From: Lama guanicoe
Lineage: Eukaryota
Assembly: GCA_013239625.1 (NCBI GenBank)
Contig: MU054220.1
Span: 8,033,367-8,097,366 of the forward strand
Length of the DNA stretch: 64,000 nt
Reading direction: 5' to 3'
Below the pieces are notes generated by a model, which did no database searches, was not told the origin of the DNA, and saw only the letters and a list, made by a program, of their open reading frames with translations. The translations under genes were made by a program, and so were the position numbers. This document shows, piece after piece, positions 51,433 to 64,000 of this stretch. How positions within the stretch are numbered: the first letter of the stretch is position 1; the number at the start of each line of letters is the position of its first letter.

Positions 51433-53065
51433 ACTTTAAACTTCTAAAGTAAAATTAACATTCAACCAGATTGAATTATCATAAAAATGCAGCAACTGGC
51501 AAATACCTAATAGGCACCTTGTTAAAAAGCAGCTTTTAGTTTCACACAATGAGGACTTGCAACTCATTAACCTCCATCTGTGTCCACTCAATTCACATCT
51601 AAACTTAAAAATAAAAACACTTACATAGAAGAGCCTCAGGCCAGAAACAAAGCTCACTCATGTTGAATCGTATCTTAGGTTCCAAAATATATGACACTGA
51701 ATTAAAAAGCAAAAAACATAAATAGGGTTGGAAGATGGGGTGGGGGGGAATTTCCTCTTCTCCTTTTTCACAGAAAAATAAGTGAGCCACACTGTTTATT
51801 TTGAACTTATGAAGATAGTACCATCCAGTGAATACGCACATTCTGATACCCAGTAAAAACAGGCCATTTAATTGCTTTGACTTCTGCCTCCTAGAGAGAA
51901 TGAATTCTTTAATAATAACTTTTAGAAGGCTGTAATTTTCTTGTTGATCTCTGAATGGTTCCCACTAAGCCTGTTTCATGCTGATGCAGGCCAGCAGCCC
52001 TCCCTCCTATTACCATTAATGAGGCCAAGGCACTCAGAAATGGGAGAGTGACCTTGTTTAAAGAGCAGTTAGTTATTCATCCAATTGACTCTGATGGAAA
52101 CGTGTAGGATCATTAATAGAGTAAATGATCACACAGCAGATACAAATGGTGGACTGATGTTTGTAATGAGCGATGATACCATCTTGGCATCTTTCCTCTT
52201 GAGAGTGTGAGGCCCAGAATGGTTAAATAGTCATTCAGTTTACACTTAAGCAAAGCAGCTACTTGGCATTTTAGCAAAAGGGTTGTGTCAGAACACAGTT
52301 CAGGACTGTCCATGGTTTTAAAGAGCACGTCAGATTTGCTGCATGAGCAAGCACCGTACACCTGGATGAGCTGACTACATTGTCTATAATGAGCCCTGTT
52401 ACAGCCTACAGCACCTGCTGTACACACACAACCCAAGTTTATGACTCTTGAAGATAATCAAGATAAATTATTCCAGTTGTGGACCAATCATTCTGCTGGC
52501 ATATTTCATTGTTGGGGGTGGGCAGCATTCTTATATTAAATATTTGGATAATTGGGTCAATACTCAGGGGACACATAAATCTCACTTTTCATTATAATGG
52601 CCTCATTCTATAAAACCTCCAACAATGCCATTGCTTTATTTTACAAATGGTAAATTATTTTGATAGATGCAACACATGTTATAATCATTCAAGTGGTATA
52701 GAAAAGTAAAAATAAAATCACCCTAACTCCCCCTGATTAAAACGAGCATCGTTAACTGGGTAGACACTGCTCACTTCTATTGAAACACACATAGAAATCG
52801 AAAGATGGGGTAGAAAGGTATGTTTTTCTAACATACTTTGCTGTACACTGTTTTTAAATACAGAGTGATGTGTCTAGTTCTATTTGAAATCACACAACTG
52901 TGAAGCTGAAAATATCACTCAATTTTAATTAACTATTTCTTCAACCATACAACTGTTTTATAAAGGACTTCTTCCAGGGTATGAAAATAAATGATTTTAA
53001 ACTTTAAGATACTGGAATCAATAAGTTTCTTTTTAAGCATCTGTTAAATTTTCAGAGTCCCTGGA

Positions 53066-56000
53066 AAACATCACATATTATTTATATCCATCTTCTGTTT
53101 TGGGTTTGAATGAGTTCAAAACAGCTGTCCTTGGAAGAGAAGGAAAAGTTTATCAAGAAACTGTCATTAAGATTGGACTCCCTATTCCTGGATTACAAAG
53201 CTTCGGAGTTCTTTGGAAAGCTACTCTAGCTTTGGAACAACCCTGCCTTTGCTGGCTTTATGGAAAGATCTCGGCAGTGGTTAGACGCGCCTCGGGTTTC
53301 ACTGTTATTTTCCTCTTCCTTACTGGAAAGTAAAATTCCTCCGTGCAGCCTGAAAGAAGTCTAAAGGTTTTGGTAGGGTTGCATCCAATTCCAAGGTATA
53401 TAAGTATGGTGTAGGTAACATATCAAAGAATATTATTCTTCTAGATTTCCATCACTACGTTTGTAGGTACAAGTTTCCAAAAAAATGTTGTTTTAATGTT
53501 AATCCCAAATCTCTCTTGCTGCAATACTTTTTCAATTTGACCCTCTATAGCGTAGTTAAACCAATTTCTCTGTGGTGGAGACTAAAATCAATCCCCCTAG
53601 AATTTGGTAATATTCCTCTTCTTTCATCTCCAACTCTCATACTTTTTATGAAATCACTCTTGTATTAGACTAACCTGACATCAAATTCCTGTTTTCCCAC
53701 GTAAGCTTGGTACCTACAAAGTTAATTTATCAGTCTAAGCTTTAAATATTTATTTGTAATATATTGATGTGATATGATATATATGATACAGTATAATAAG
53801 TATAAGATAGTATATATGAATACATAATATGATAGACACCATACTTAATAAATACAGGGACAGTATCACAGGGTTTTCCCTTAGGTTTAAACTGTGTAAA
53901 AATCTTAATGCAGTGCATGGAAAGTAAGTGCTCAGTACATCTTATTAAGTCTTCTCTTCCTCCTCCTTTACTGACACTCCTCCCACACCCATCTCCAGCC
54001 TCTTTTCCTGGCCCTAAACCTAATATTATTTAATAAACACTGTGCAGAGCAATACTTTAGCTGTTGGGCCAATACTACGGTCACATTTTGTTTTTGCAAA
54101 CTGTGCTCATGCTAATATAAATGGAATTTCCAATTTGGGAGTTGAGAGAGATAACTGGACCTATTGGATTCTTGAAGCCTAGATTATCCAGAAGAGACTG
54201 CAAAATAAGGAAGACAGATCAGGAGGAGGTACACAGACAGGAACCATGAAGAACAGTCAGCTCAATAGTCTTGAGAAGTGACAGGAGATGGGGGTCTGTC
54301 AGCCTATGAGCTACCTGGCTGCTACTAACTTCCCTGTAGTATTGCTGGATCTTCTCCCAAGTTTGGAACATCACTGAGAATTACCTGGGGATGTTCATTA
54401 AATTTTGGATTATCAGACACCAACCTAGACTACAAGCTTTGAATCTCTGTGTTTTCAAGAGTTTCCCAGGGAGATTCTTCTGGTAACCAGCCTCTGAGTG
54501 CCTCTTCTCCAGACACATCTCTCGGTGAAAACGCTGATGTTTCTCTGGGACAGAAGCAAAGTGTGGACCACTGTGTCTCATTAGGCTTAACTGAGCTCTA
54601 CAGTTAACTATTCGGTCTTATACCACTCCCTCCTTTAAGCAGTCTGTTGGCTCTCTAAATGACTCTTTGCAAAATAATATTACTATTCTGTAATTGATGC
54701 AGCACATTGGATTTATAAAAAATCCACATGTTCCTAATGATACTCAAGAAAAGAGAAAGCAACAAATGTTGTGTATGTGCATGTCTGTTTGTGTACTTGC
54801 ATCAGCTGTAAGATCAAGGAAGAAAAGTGAAATAGAGAATTTTCACCTGAACATCCCCTTGATTGTGTTTCTAGTTTAATATGTGTTGACTAACAGGAAA
54901 TCTTACTTCTAGTTACTGGGTTTTTTGGATGGTGTTCTCTTTGTTTTTTCATCTTCTTTCCAAATGAATAGTTTGAATCTTCTTGTTTTCAGTGATTTCT
55001 AATTCCAACCCCTCCCCCCGCCTTTTTTTTCCTAAGTGCCACAAGTATATCACTCCAAAGCAAGTTGCACTTTTTGGCTACGTGGTCCAACAGCCTCTAT
55101 TCTGCAACAGGTACAAATTACCGCAGGAACAGACCAGTCTACCACATTCCATCACTCCTTAGCATTATATCTCCTACATTCTTAGTGTGTCTCTATCATG
55201 TTCTAATTTAAGTAAAACAAATACAGAATTCATGGTTTCCACAGTCATATTTTAATTTAGTATAACAATAACCCTGATACTACAAAACTAGTTTCTATCT
55301 TAAATCTATTTAACTGTCATGTCAGTTAAATATGCCATTTACTTTTGTATCAGTTATGTCATTGCCTTGTTTGTCTTAGTATGGACCTAAAAGCTGAGGA
55401 CATATCCTTTCTGTGGTGGATGGATCATTCAGTGAACAAGAGATTAATGTCAGCTTATTACACTAAGAGAAATATCTTTAGTTTCCTTAAGTAATTTATG
55501 TATTATAAATAATTTCAATGTAATCAGAAAATTATATTTTATTAGTTATAATTAGAGAGATGACAATAATAATTCTAGGTGATGTTTACTGAGTTTTTTG
55601 CATGTGCTAGTAACTGCGTTAAGTTTTACATACAATATCTCATCTATAGGGACAGCAATCTTATGATGAGTGGTGAACATCATTTTTTAAAAAGAATTGA
55701 TAGAAAGTAAAATAATATATAGAATACATAGTCAACGGCAGGTCTAGGGTTCTGAAATCATCTAGAAACTTTCTAATTATCAGAAATTACTACTTTTTTA
55801 TTAGAAAGTACAAGAGGAAGTTATCAATGCATGCATGATAAGATAAAGGAAAATGAACATTTGGATCACTAGGAACCCACATTTGCTTCTTATAAAAAAA
55901 GGCTAACTTTTCCTTATGGATTGAGGCAAAACCTGTAAACATTAAGTCATTTCCTTCAAAAATGCTATGCAAGACTTTATTGACTTCTTGATTTTTATAA

Positions 56001-58002
56001 GCACTATGATTTCTTCTCAGGTATAATCAGCTAAGTTTAAAGATACTTGTATTCTGTTGGTATTATCTGTTTGGATAATTAAAACCAAAGTTTGGGAGGA
56101 GACAGGAGAAGGAAGGGGGTGCTAGAAATTGGATCTTAAAGAAGTAAAACTATGTCATTCTTTATTTCCATAAATACATAACAAAAGATTAACAACGACA
56201 AATTTAAACAAGAATTTCTCAAAATGTGGTCCTCTTCTGAGATATTTTAAGATTTCTTAATCTTAAATCAAGCCCTACTAAATCAAAATCACTGAGCTTG
56301 GGACCTAGAAGTACAGACTAGTCACACGCACCCCAGGTAACTCTAATGCATTTGTTTGAGAACTAACACTTTAAACTTCTAAAGTAAAATTAACATTCAA
56401 CCAGATTGAATTATCATAAAAATGCAGCAACTGGCAAATACCTAATAGGCACCTTGTTAAAAAGCAGCTTTTAGTTTCACACAATGAGGACTTGCAACTC
56501 ATTAACCTCCATCTGTGTCCACTCAATTCACATCTAAACTTAAAAATAAAAACACTTACATAGAAGAGCCTCAGGCCAGAAACAAAGCTCACTCATGTTG
56601 AATCGTATCTTAGGTTCCAAAATATATGACACTGAATTAAAAAGCAAAAAACATAAATAGGGTTGGAAGATGGGGTGGGGGGGAATTTCCTCTTCTCCTT
56701 TTTCACAGAAAAATAAGTGAGCCACACTGTTTATTTTGAACTTATGAAGATAGTACCATCCAGTGAATACGCACATTCTGATACCCAGTAAAAACAGGCC
56801 ATTTAATTGCTTTGACTTCTGCCTCCTAGAGAGAATGAATTCTTTAATAATAACTTTTAGAAGGCTGTAATTTTCTTGTTGATCTCTGAATGGTTCCCAC
56901 TAAGCCTGTTTCATGCTGATGCAGGCCAGCAGCCCTCCCTCCTATTACCATTAATGAGGCCAAGGCACTCAGAAATGGGAGAGTGACCTTGTTTAAAGAG
57001 CAGTTAGTTATTCATCCAATTGACTCTGATGGAAACGTGTAGGATCATTAATAGAGTAAATGATCACACAGCAGATACAAATGGTGGACTGATGTTTGTA
57101 ATGAGCGATGATACCATCTTGGCATCTTTCCTCTTGAGAGTGTGAGGCCCAGAATGGTTAAATAGTCATTCAGTTTACACTTAAGCAAAGCAGCTACTTG
57201 GCATTTTAGCAAAAGGGTTGTGTCAGAACACAGTTCAGGACTGTCCATGGTTTTAAAGAGCACGTCAGATTTGCTGCATGAGCAAGCACCGTACACCTGG
57301 ATGAGCTGACTACATTGTCTATAATGAGCCCTGTTACAGCCTACAGCACCTGCTGTACACACACAACCCAAGTTTATGACTCTTGAAGATAATCAAGATA
57401 AATTATTCCAGTTGTGGACCAATCATTCTGCTGGCATATTTCATTGTTGGGGGTGGGCAGCATTCTTATATTAAATATTTGGATAATTGGGTCAATACTC
57501 AGGGGACACATAAATCTCACTTTTCATTATAATGGCCTCATTCTATAAAACCTCCAACAATGCCATTGCTTTATTTTACAAATGGTAAATTATTTTGATA
57601 GATGCAACACATGTTATAATCATTCAAGTGGTATAGAAAAGTAAAAATAAAATCACCCTAACTCCCCCTGATTAAAACGAGCATCGTTAACTGGGTAGAC
57701 ACTGCTCACTTCTATTGAAACACACATAGAAATCGAAAGATGGGGTAGAAAGGTATGTTTTTCTAACATACTTTGCTGTACACTGTTTTTAAATACAGAG
57801 TGATGTGTCTAGTTCTATTTGAAATCACACAACTGTGAAGCTGAAAATATCACTCAATTTTAATTAACTATTTCTTCAACCATACAACTGTTTTATAAAG
57901 GACTTCTTCCAGGGTATGAAAATAAATGATTTTAAACTTTAAGATACTGGAATCAATAAGTTTCTTTTTAAGCATCTGTTAAATTTTCAGAGTCCCTGGA
58001 AA
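53066..58002 (+). repeat. Tandem segmental duplication, copy 2 (~4.94 kb)
   Basis: Junction ...CCCTGG-AAAA-CATCAC... joins the unit end (GGAAA) to the unit start (AAACATCA) with a 2-bp AA overlap. Confidence 0.98.
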
Positions 58003-59499
58003 TCCATCTAAACTTTAACTTAATATTTCAGGGACATTTTACCTTCTCAATGATTTTTTACTTGGTAGATAGATATTGTGTTCATGGTTCAAAATGTCTG
58101 TGTTCTAATCATTGATTAGAATCATTGTTCTGAATAAAAACAAAATTACGCTTATATATTGTAGGTAGTTTACTTTTTCAGTCTTAGACATCATTAAACA
58201 TTTGATTCATCAACTTATCTTTTGAGGAATTTTTTCCTTATTGCCATTCTTACATTATCAATGTTTATAATAATTACTATCAGCTCTGAGGCATAATGTT
58301 CAGTTGTTTAATCTACATTCTGTTATTTAAATGTTTCAGTCCTCACTGCCATAACAATGATGACGATTTTTTTTTTCCAGGACTTAAGTGCCTGGATTTC
58401 ATAATTTCCTTAAGAAATGTTTCCATCTCTTCAGGACAGTAACAAATGCTATATTTTCTGAGTTAAATGTAAGAGGTCTCATTTCTCATTTAACTGAATG
58501 ACTGAAGAAGTTCAATAAATTCAAGAACATAGTTCCATCTATATTTTCGTTTAACATAAACTCTGTCTACAGCTTTCCTGAAACAAGATGTACTTTTGAT
58601 CTCTTCATTCAGTTATGTTTCCATTAGAGGAATTTTTAATAACTTTAACTTCTGAATTTTTTTTTGTTTTTTTTTAAACTTTTTTGCTCTTTAAAAATAC
58701 TTGTTAGGTTTTCTTTTTCCTCCACAACTATTATGTTTTCTAGTATTTTTCACTTTTTGTCTCCATTCAGATACTGTGATTCTCTTTGTTAGCCATTTGA
58801 TTTTTGTCATGTATATTGTTTTGTGTGACTTTCAGAATAATTTTTAGTTTTATGATAATGGATTTTTGGTCTTCTATTAGTTTTATTAGATTTTTACTTT
58901 TTATAATCTTACCCTGTTGATTTATAATTATATTGTTGCATATTTTCTGTCTGAATTATTATTCACATTAACTTCCATGATTACCCCAAATGACATGTTT
59001 TAGAATGTTAAATCGAAAACCAGTTAACTTGTTTATGTATTTGTACAACCTAACATGGAAATGCAGTTATACCTTATTTTTCCTGTTATTTAGGAAGACG
59101 ATACTTCAAACTTTGCATATCCTTTTGATACCTATTTATTTGCTTACTCATTTATTCTTAAAAACTGATAAGGTTTGGGACTTGTAAAAGCATATGAATT
59201 AACTGACTAGTGAAAAATATGACAACAATACCACATAACATAAGGGATAGTTACCTTTGAAAAGTTTCAAATCCTAAATTAAGCAACACATTTTCTTGTG
59301 TATACATTCTATTAGTATAACATTAAATATGTGAATGTTATATGACTAGTTACCACTGGAGCCCATCAATTTCTCTGCACTGTGAATCTCCTATTAACTA
59401 GTTCTTTTTTCTCTCTGGAAACTGATGGTTTCTTTTATGCTGATTGTTTTATGAATTCTTAAGGTTCATTAGCAAGAATATTATTTCTAGGAAAAATAT

Positions 59500-59519
59500 T
59501 ATATATATATATATATATA
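59500..59519. repeat. (TA)n microsatellite
   Basis: Direct reading. Confidence 0.85.
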
Positions 59520-59589
59520 CACATACATTTTTAAGTTAATATAGTTAAAGCAAATAATAATGAATAAGCTCTTTTCACAGGAGACGTTA

Positions 59590-59830
59590 CACTGAAGAGT
59601 CATAGTCGAGACCTCGGGCCCTTCTGTGAAGGCTGGCTCCAGTCCTCCTTCCATTACATACCCTAAGAATTTGAGCAATATTAAAACTCTTTCTCAGCTT
59701 TATTTTACTCATTTATAAATGGGGTTTGAAAATATCATCTACTGGATGGCTTATACCCCTGCCATATGGGATTTGTCTGAGGGTTCTATGAAGTAATGTT
59801 TCACAGAGCCTAGTATAGGAAGACTTGCAA
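59590..59830 (+). mobile_element. MIR fragment
   Basis: 'ttgagcaa..ttaaa.ctct..ctcag.ttt...actcatttataaatgggg'. Confidence 0.5.
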
Positions 59831-61500
59831 TTATTAACTAATATGTTTTTCTAATTAGCGAAAACCATCGAGTCTCAAAGGAGATGCTCCTTACATCAGT
59901 TATTTATATTATTTTTGGTGTTTAAATATGATAGTCAAGGTCTTCCCTATAAAGTCAAAGTTATTTTTAATTAAATTACTATGTACTTAAGTTTTTAATA
60001 ATGATTATTGCATGCGTGTTTTTGGTTTGATTTTATTGGCATCATCAGAGAAAAACAGTTTCCAGCACTTGATACTATTGTGGTCTACTGGTGTCCTCTT
60101 TACCTTTATCAAGCTGACAAAAGCATACTGCTTTTGGACCTGAAATTTCAGTTGTACTGTGGCTTTTTTCAAATATTTTCATGGTGTTTCAGATCTCCAC
60201 TATACATCACTCTAAGAATAAGTTGAAATTTAGACAGCTGCCCATTGACTCTGGCAAAGGAAAGGATTAGACCTCAATCTCATGAAGATCAAGTAACTAA
60301 CTTCCAATTTTCTGCAGTGGCTTCTTCTTTGATGTCTGCATGAGGCAAGGCTGCCTCGAGTCATAATCTCTTGACTTCCGTAACTAAGAAGGTTAAGCCG
60401 GGTCAGTGATTGACTTGATAGCCATGAGGATTTGTCCAGGATTTATAAAAAATGTTCAGGATGCATCATCGGTTGATATTTTTCTACTGTGAGTTTTGGA
60501 GACAAAGATTGTATCAGAGGCAGTGGATAAATTGATTTTTTTTTAATTTGGTATGTAATTTCAGGAACTTAGCAAGTTGACCCTATATTTCAAAAATATC
60601 CAAATGTCCTTAAAATTCACCTTACACTTTGGCTAAAAAAGATTTATTCCAATACAAGTAACTTCCCTAGTTCAACTATCATATATGTTTCCAAACCGCC
60701 CCATTTCCAAAGAGGAGATATTAAATACATTGAGTAAAGTTTCCTTTATTCTCTGAATCTCAATTTCTTTAAATACAAACAAAGAATTAATAAATCCCAT
60801 TCACAGAATTATAAAATTTGCAAAAATTTAGAGAAACACATGAAAGCCACATCAAACTTATTTATTAAATATGGTGCTTTAAATGTTTGTAAAATTGCTC
60901 AAAATATTAGCATTTACAGTCAAGCTTTTTTATTTTAAATGTGTTCATTCAGCATATATTTATTGGTAACCTACAGTCTATAAAACACTGTTTAGTGTTA
61001 AATACGTTTTAAATGGTTCATTTTGACTGATGATTACCTACATGAAATCTTATTGCCACGTACACAGATCCACACAACCAAGTACAAACATAAGAACTAA
61101 AACCTATTTTGCCAACTAATGTTTTGAGCAGTGTTTTTATTTAGTTAATATTTCGGGCAGATTTTACTTGTTATTAATTTAGCATGCTTTTTTCTTTTTT
61201 TGCTATTGACACTTCACGACCTACACAAGAGGTCTTGGTTGCTCCCAGTTCAATCACTGCTGGTTGACAGAGAACAAAAATCAGCTCAATTCCTGTGCTA
61301 TTCTCCTTTCAGAAAGAATATGTAGACAATATCAGGGATGGTACATGTTGGTGAAATAAAATTTTATTGTTTTATTTACCCTTACACAAAATCTTTTGGT
61401 TTTAAGCAATCCACAAGTATCTTCAGACTGAAGCTGGGCCACAGTAACTCTATCTTGTAATAGGCAATAATTTGATGAAAATTTTTAATTATTATTATAA

Positions 61501-62187
61501 TTTTTTTCCAGTTTTATTGAGATACAACTGACTTGCCAACTCTATGTAATTAAGCTATAAAACATAATGACTTGACATATATGTACTGTGAAATGATTAA
61601 CACAGTAAGTGTAGTTACCATCCATCATCTCACAAAGATACAAAAAAAAAAAAAAGTAAAGAAAGTATCTTCCTTGTGATGAGAACTTTTAGGATTGACT
61701 CTTAAAGCAAACTTCAAATATACCATACAGCAGTGTTAACTACAGTCATGTTGCACGTCGCCTCTCCATTATTTATTTATCTTCTAACTGGAAGTTTGTT
61801 CCTTTTGACAATCATCATCCCATCCCCTCCTTATGCCTCACCACCCCCAAACCCAACTGGTAACCACAAATCTGACCTCTTTTTCTGAGTTTTTTTTTTT
61901 AATTTTGTTTTAGAGTCCACATATAAGTGAGACCTCAGCATATTCTTTCCATGGGTTATTTCACTTTGCATTATGCCCTTAAAGTCCATCCATATTGTTG
62001 CAAATGGCAGGATTTCCTTTTTATGGCTGAATAATATTTCATTGTATATATAGACCACAATTTCTTTATACATTCATCTATCAATGGACACTTAGGTTGT
62101 TTCCATGTCTTGGCTATTATAAACAATGTTGTTATAAACCTGGAGGTGTAATATCTTTTAGACATAGTGCTTTCATTTCCTTTAGAG
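61501..62187 (-). mobile_element. 5'-truncated L1 (L1MA-like): 3'UTR plus ORF2 C-terminus
   Basis: 'ccagttttattgagata' tail. ORFs 61971..62165 (FITTLFIIAKTWKQPKCP..DECIKKLWSIYTMKYYSAIK) and 61831..62073 (EILPFATIWMDFKGIMQSEI) match the ORF2p C-terminus, frameshifted. Confidence 0.92.
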
Positions 62188-63887
62188 AAAAATTCTTATT
62201 GTAGCATTTAAGTTACACGATTTCCCTTTCTTTTACTAATATACTTGTCCAAATTCTCATACTGATCAGTTGTTCTTTTTTAATTCAAATGTTTGCTTTC
62301 ATGGTAATAGTCACATGCTAATTATTACAAATTTAACTCAAATTCACCTTGGACCTCATTCTCATGCATCTGCACCATATGAAAATGCATGTGGCAGCTA
62401 AACTGCTAAGTTGTATGCTCTGTTCCTGGGCAAATTACTAGTTATTTGTTTCTTCTACTCCAGTGATCCTGGTGACTCTAACTCCCTACATGTAACTAAT
62501 AATTAACAATCTTAGTACTATATCTTTCAGTTCCCAAAGAAAGCTGTGTGGGGGATGGAATCACAATTTCTCCTCTTAAAGTCCCATTTCTATAGTTCTT
62601 TCCAGAATATGTTAATTTTTTCTTGAGTTATTTCATTTTGCTCTCTGTCTTTTCCAACCAAAAATAGCTGGGCTAAAACAGAAGACATAATTGTAAACGT
62701 GCTTTTCTTAAAACCTACTAACGTATCCAACTCCTTTTAAGTCTGTTTCTAAGTGATTTAATATCACAAGCAAGTGGTTATCACGTAGTTGTAATCAGTC
62801 GCTCAAACCTGGAAATAGCCTTTCTCTCACCACAGTCTATCTCTACCAACAAAACAGAAAGTTTGACCTATACTGAACAAATTGTTTATGTTAATCATGA
62901 GCGATTAAATAGTAAGTAACACAGCAGGTATTATTATTTAATAAACATGTGCTATCCAATATTTAAATGTAGAGTCATATATTCTCAGCCACTCTTCTCA
63001 TTTTTTTAGCTTTATATTTAAGTGTGTAAAATTGTAAAACTGTTCTAATATTTGACAAAATTACACAGAAGCAATTTCTTCTTTTGCAAGCATAAGAATT
63101 AGAAAATTTTATCTAATTACAGTCAGTTTCCTATGAAGAAGTTTTTAGCCACCAGATTTAATATTGGCTCACTATGATGAAAAGAGTTGCTAAATGCTAT
63201 TTCTTTAACAATAGTAAGTTTGAACTTTTAGAGAATGTAGATTTAGATGAAAGTTACAGAAAAGTGCTTATTTAATAAACCGAATGCTATTAAGATGAAA
63301 CTTACTACATAGAAATGAAAAGCTTTCAGACTGTATCTTCATTAGCTAAGTGGCATGCATTATTATTTTTAAACTTTTAGGCAAAGTAGCATATTCTCTG
63401 TGATTGGTATGTAAATATGCTGATGAGATTTTCAGTGTTTCTGAAAAGAATCTTTTATCTGGCCTATATAATGTGGAGTTGTAATCTCAAGGGGAAAAGT
63501 AGGATGTGGAGCATACAGAAGTAGGTAAATGAGGAAAACTTGTAATCACATGTAACTCAGGAGGCAGAACACAAGTTGTCTTGGTCTAAGTCCACCATCT
63601 ATTGGATATGATACTTTATTACTTCGTTTATGAAAGTAGAAATAGTGTGTATGCATACTTTCATGTTTAAATTATAGAAGTGTGTCTGTGATATGTGTAA
63701 GATTATTTACTATGGGATACTGGTTACTGATTTCTTCCCATGAGCCAGTTGCACTCAACGTAGAGACAGATATAGACAGAGAAATAGATGTGGATAGAGA
63801 TATACATAAAATAGGGAATCAGTAAACAGTATGTGGTAGTAGTGACAGGTGGTAATTGCAGTCATCATCATCATCTTTATTATCATT

Positions 63888-64000
63888 AAAGGTTCCCCTC
63901 TATTCGAAAGTAGAGCATTCCTATGAAACCTTCGGTGAGCCAAAATGGCATAAAGGGAAGAAGTAATTACCTTGGAATACACCAAGCTAACGGATGCACA
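63888..64000 (+). mobile_element. Start of a Tigger-type DNA transposon (runs off the window)
   Basis: 'ggttcccc...cgaaagtagagc.ttcctatgaaacc...aaatggc.taaag.gaagaag.aattacc' resembles a Tigger-type terminus recalled from artiodactyl genomes. Confidence 0.55.

Larger units (their letters stand above)
47973..53067 (+). repeat. Tandem segmental duplication, copy 1 (~5.09 kb)
   Basis: Aligns to 53066-58002 with offset 5093 before and 4935 after a 158-bp indel; the ORF track repeats at the same offsets. Confidence 0.98.

Noticed and set aside
1..64000. Prokaryote-type systems (CRISPR arrays, operons), tRNA/rRNA/snRNA genes, processed pseudogenes
   Set aside because: The sequence is mammalian. 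I saw no regularly spaced repeat-spacer array, structured RNA gene signature or mRNA-derived retrocopy.

Overview
AT-rich mammalian genomic DNA, intergenic or deep intronic, with no protein-coding exon I can support. Nearly all listed ORFs are spurious; the only recognisable protein-like translations come from decayed LINE-1 ORF1/ORF2. The repeats are eutherian: L1M/L2/MIR, MLT1/MLT2/MER34-like LTRs, and MER3/MER5/MER8/MER45/MER102-like DNA elements. A cetartiodactyl-type L1 3' end and the absence of recognisable Alu, Bov, PRE, CHR or Can SINEs suggest a camelid (inference). Family names come from recalled consensus sequences, not a database search. The main structure is a head-to-tail ~5.1-kb tandem duplication (47973-53067 / 53066-58002) with a 2-bp microhomology junction. 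Its copies differ by 15 substitutions and a 158-bp indel in the first half and appear identical over the last ~2.5 kb. Other notable items: a young, CpG-rich, betaretrovirus-like solo LTR with a perfect 6-bp TSD nested in a hAT element; an L1 that keeps both termini but lacks its RT domain, inserted in an older L1; a possible chimeric L1 insertion; and a CTCF-like motif formed at an LTR/TSD junction.
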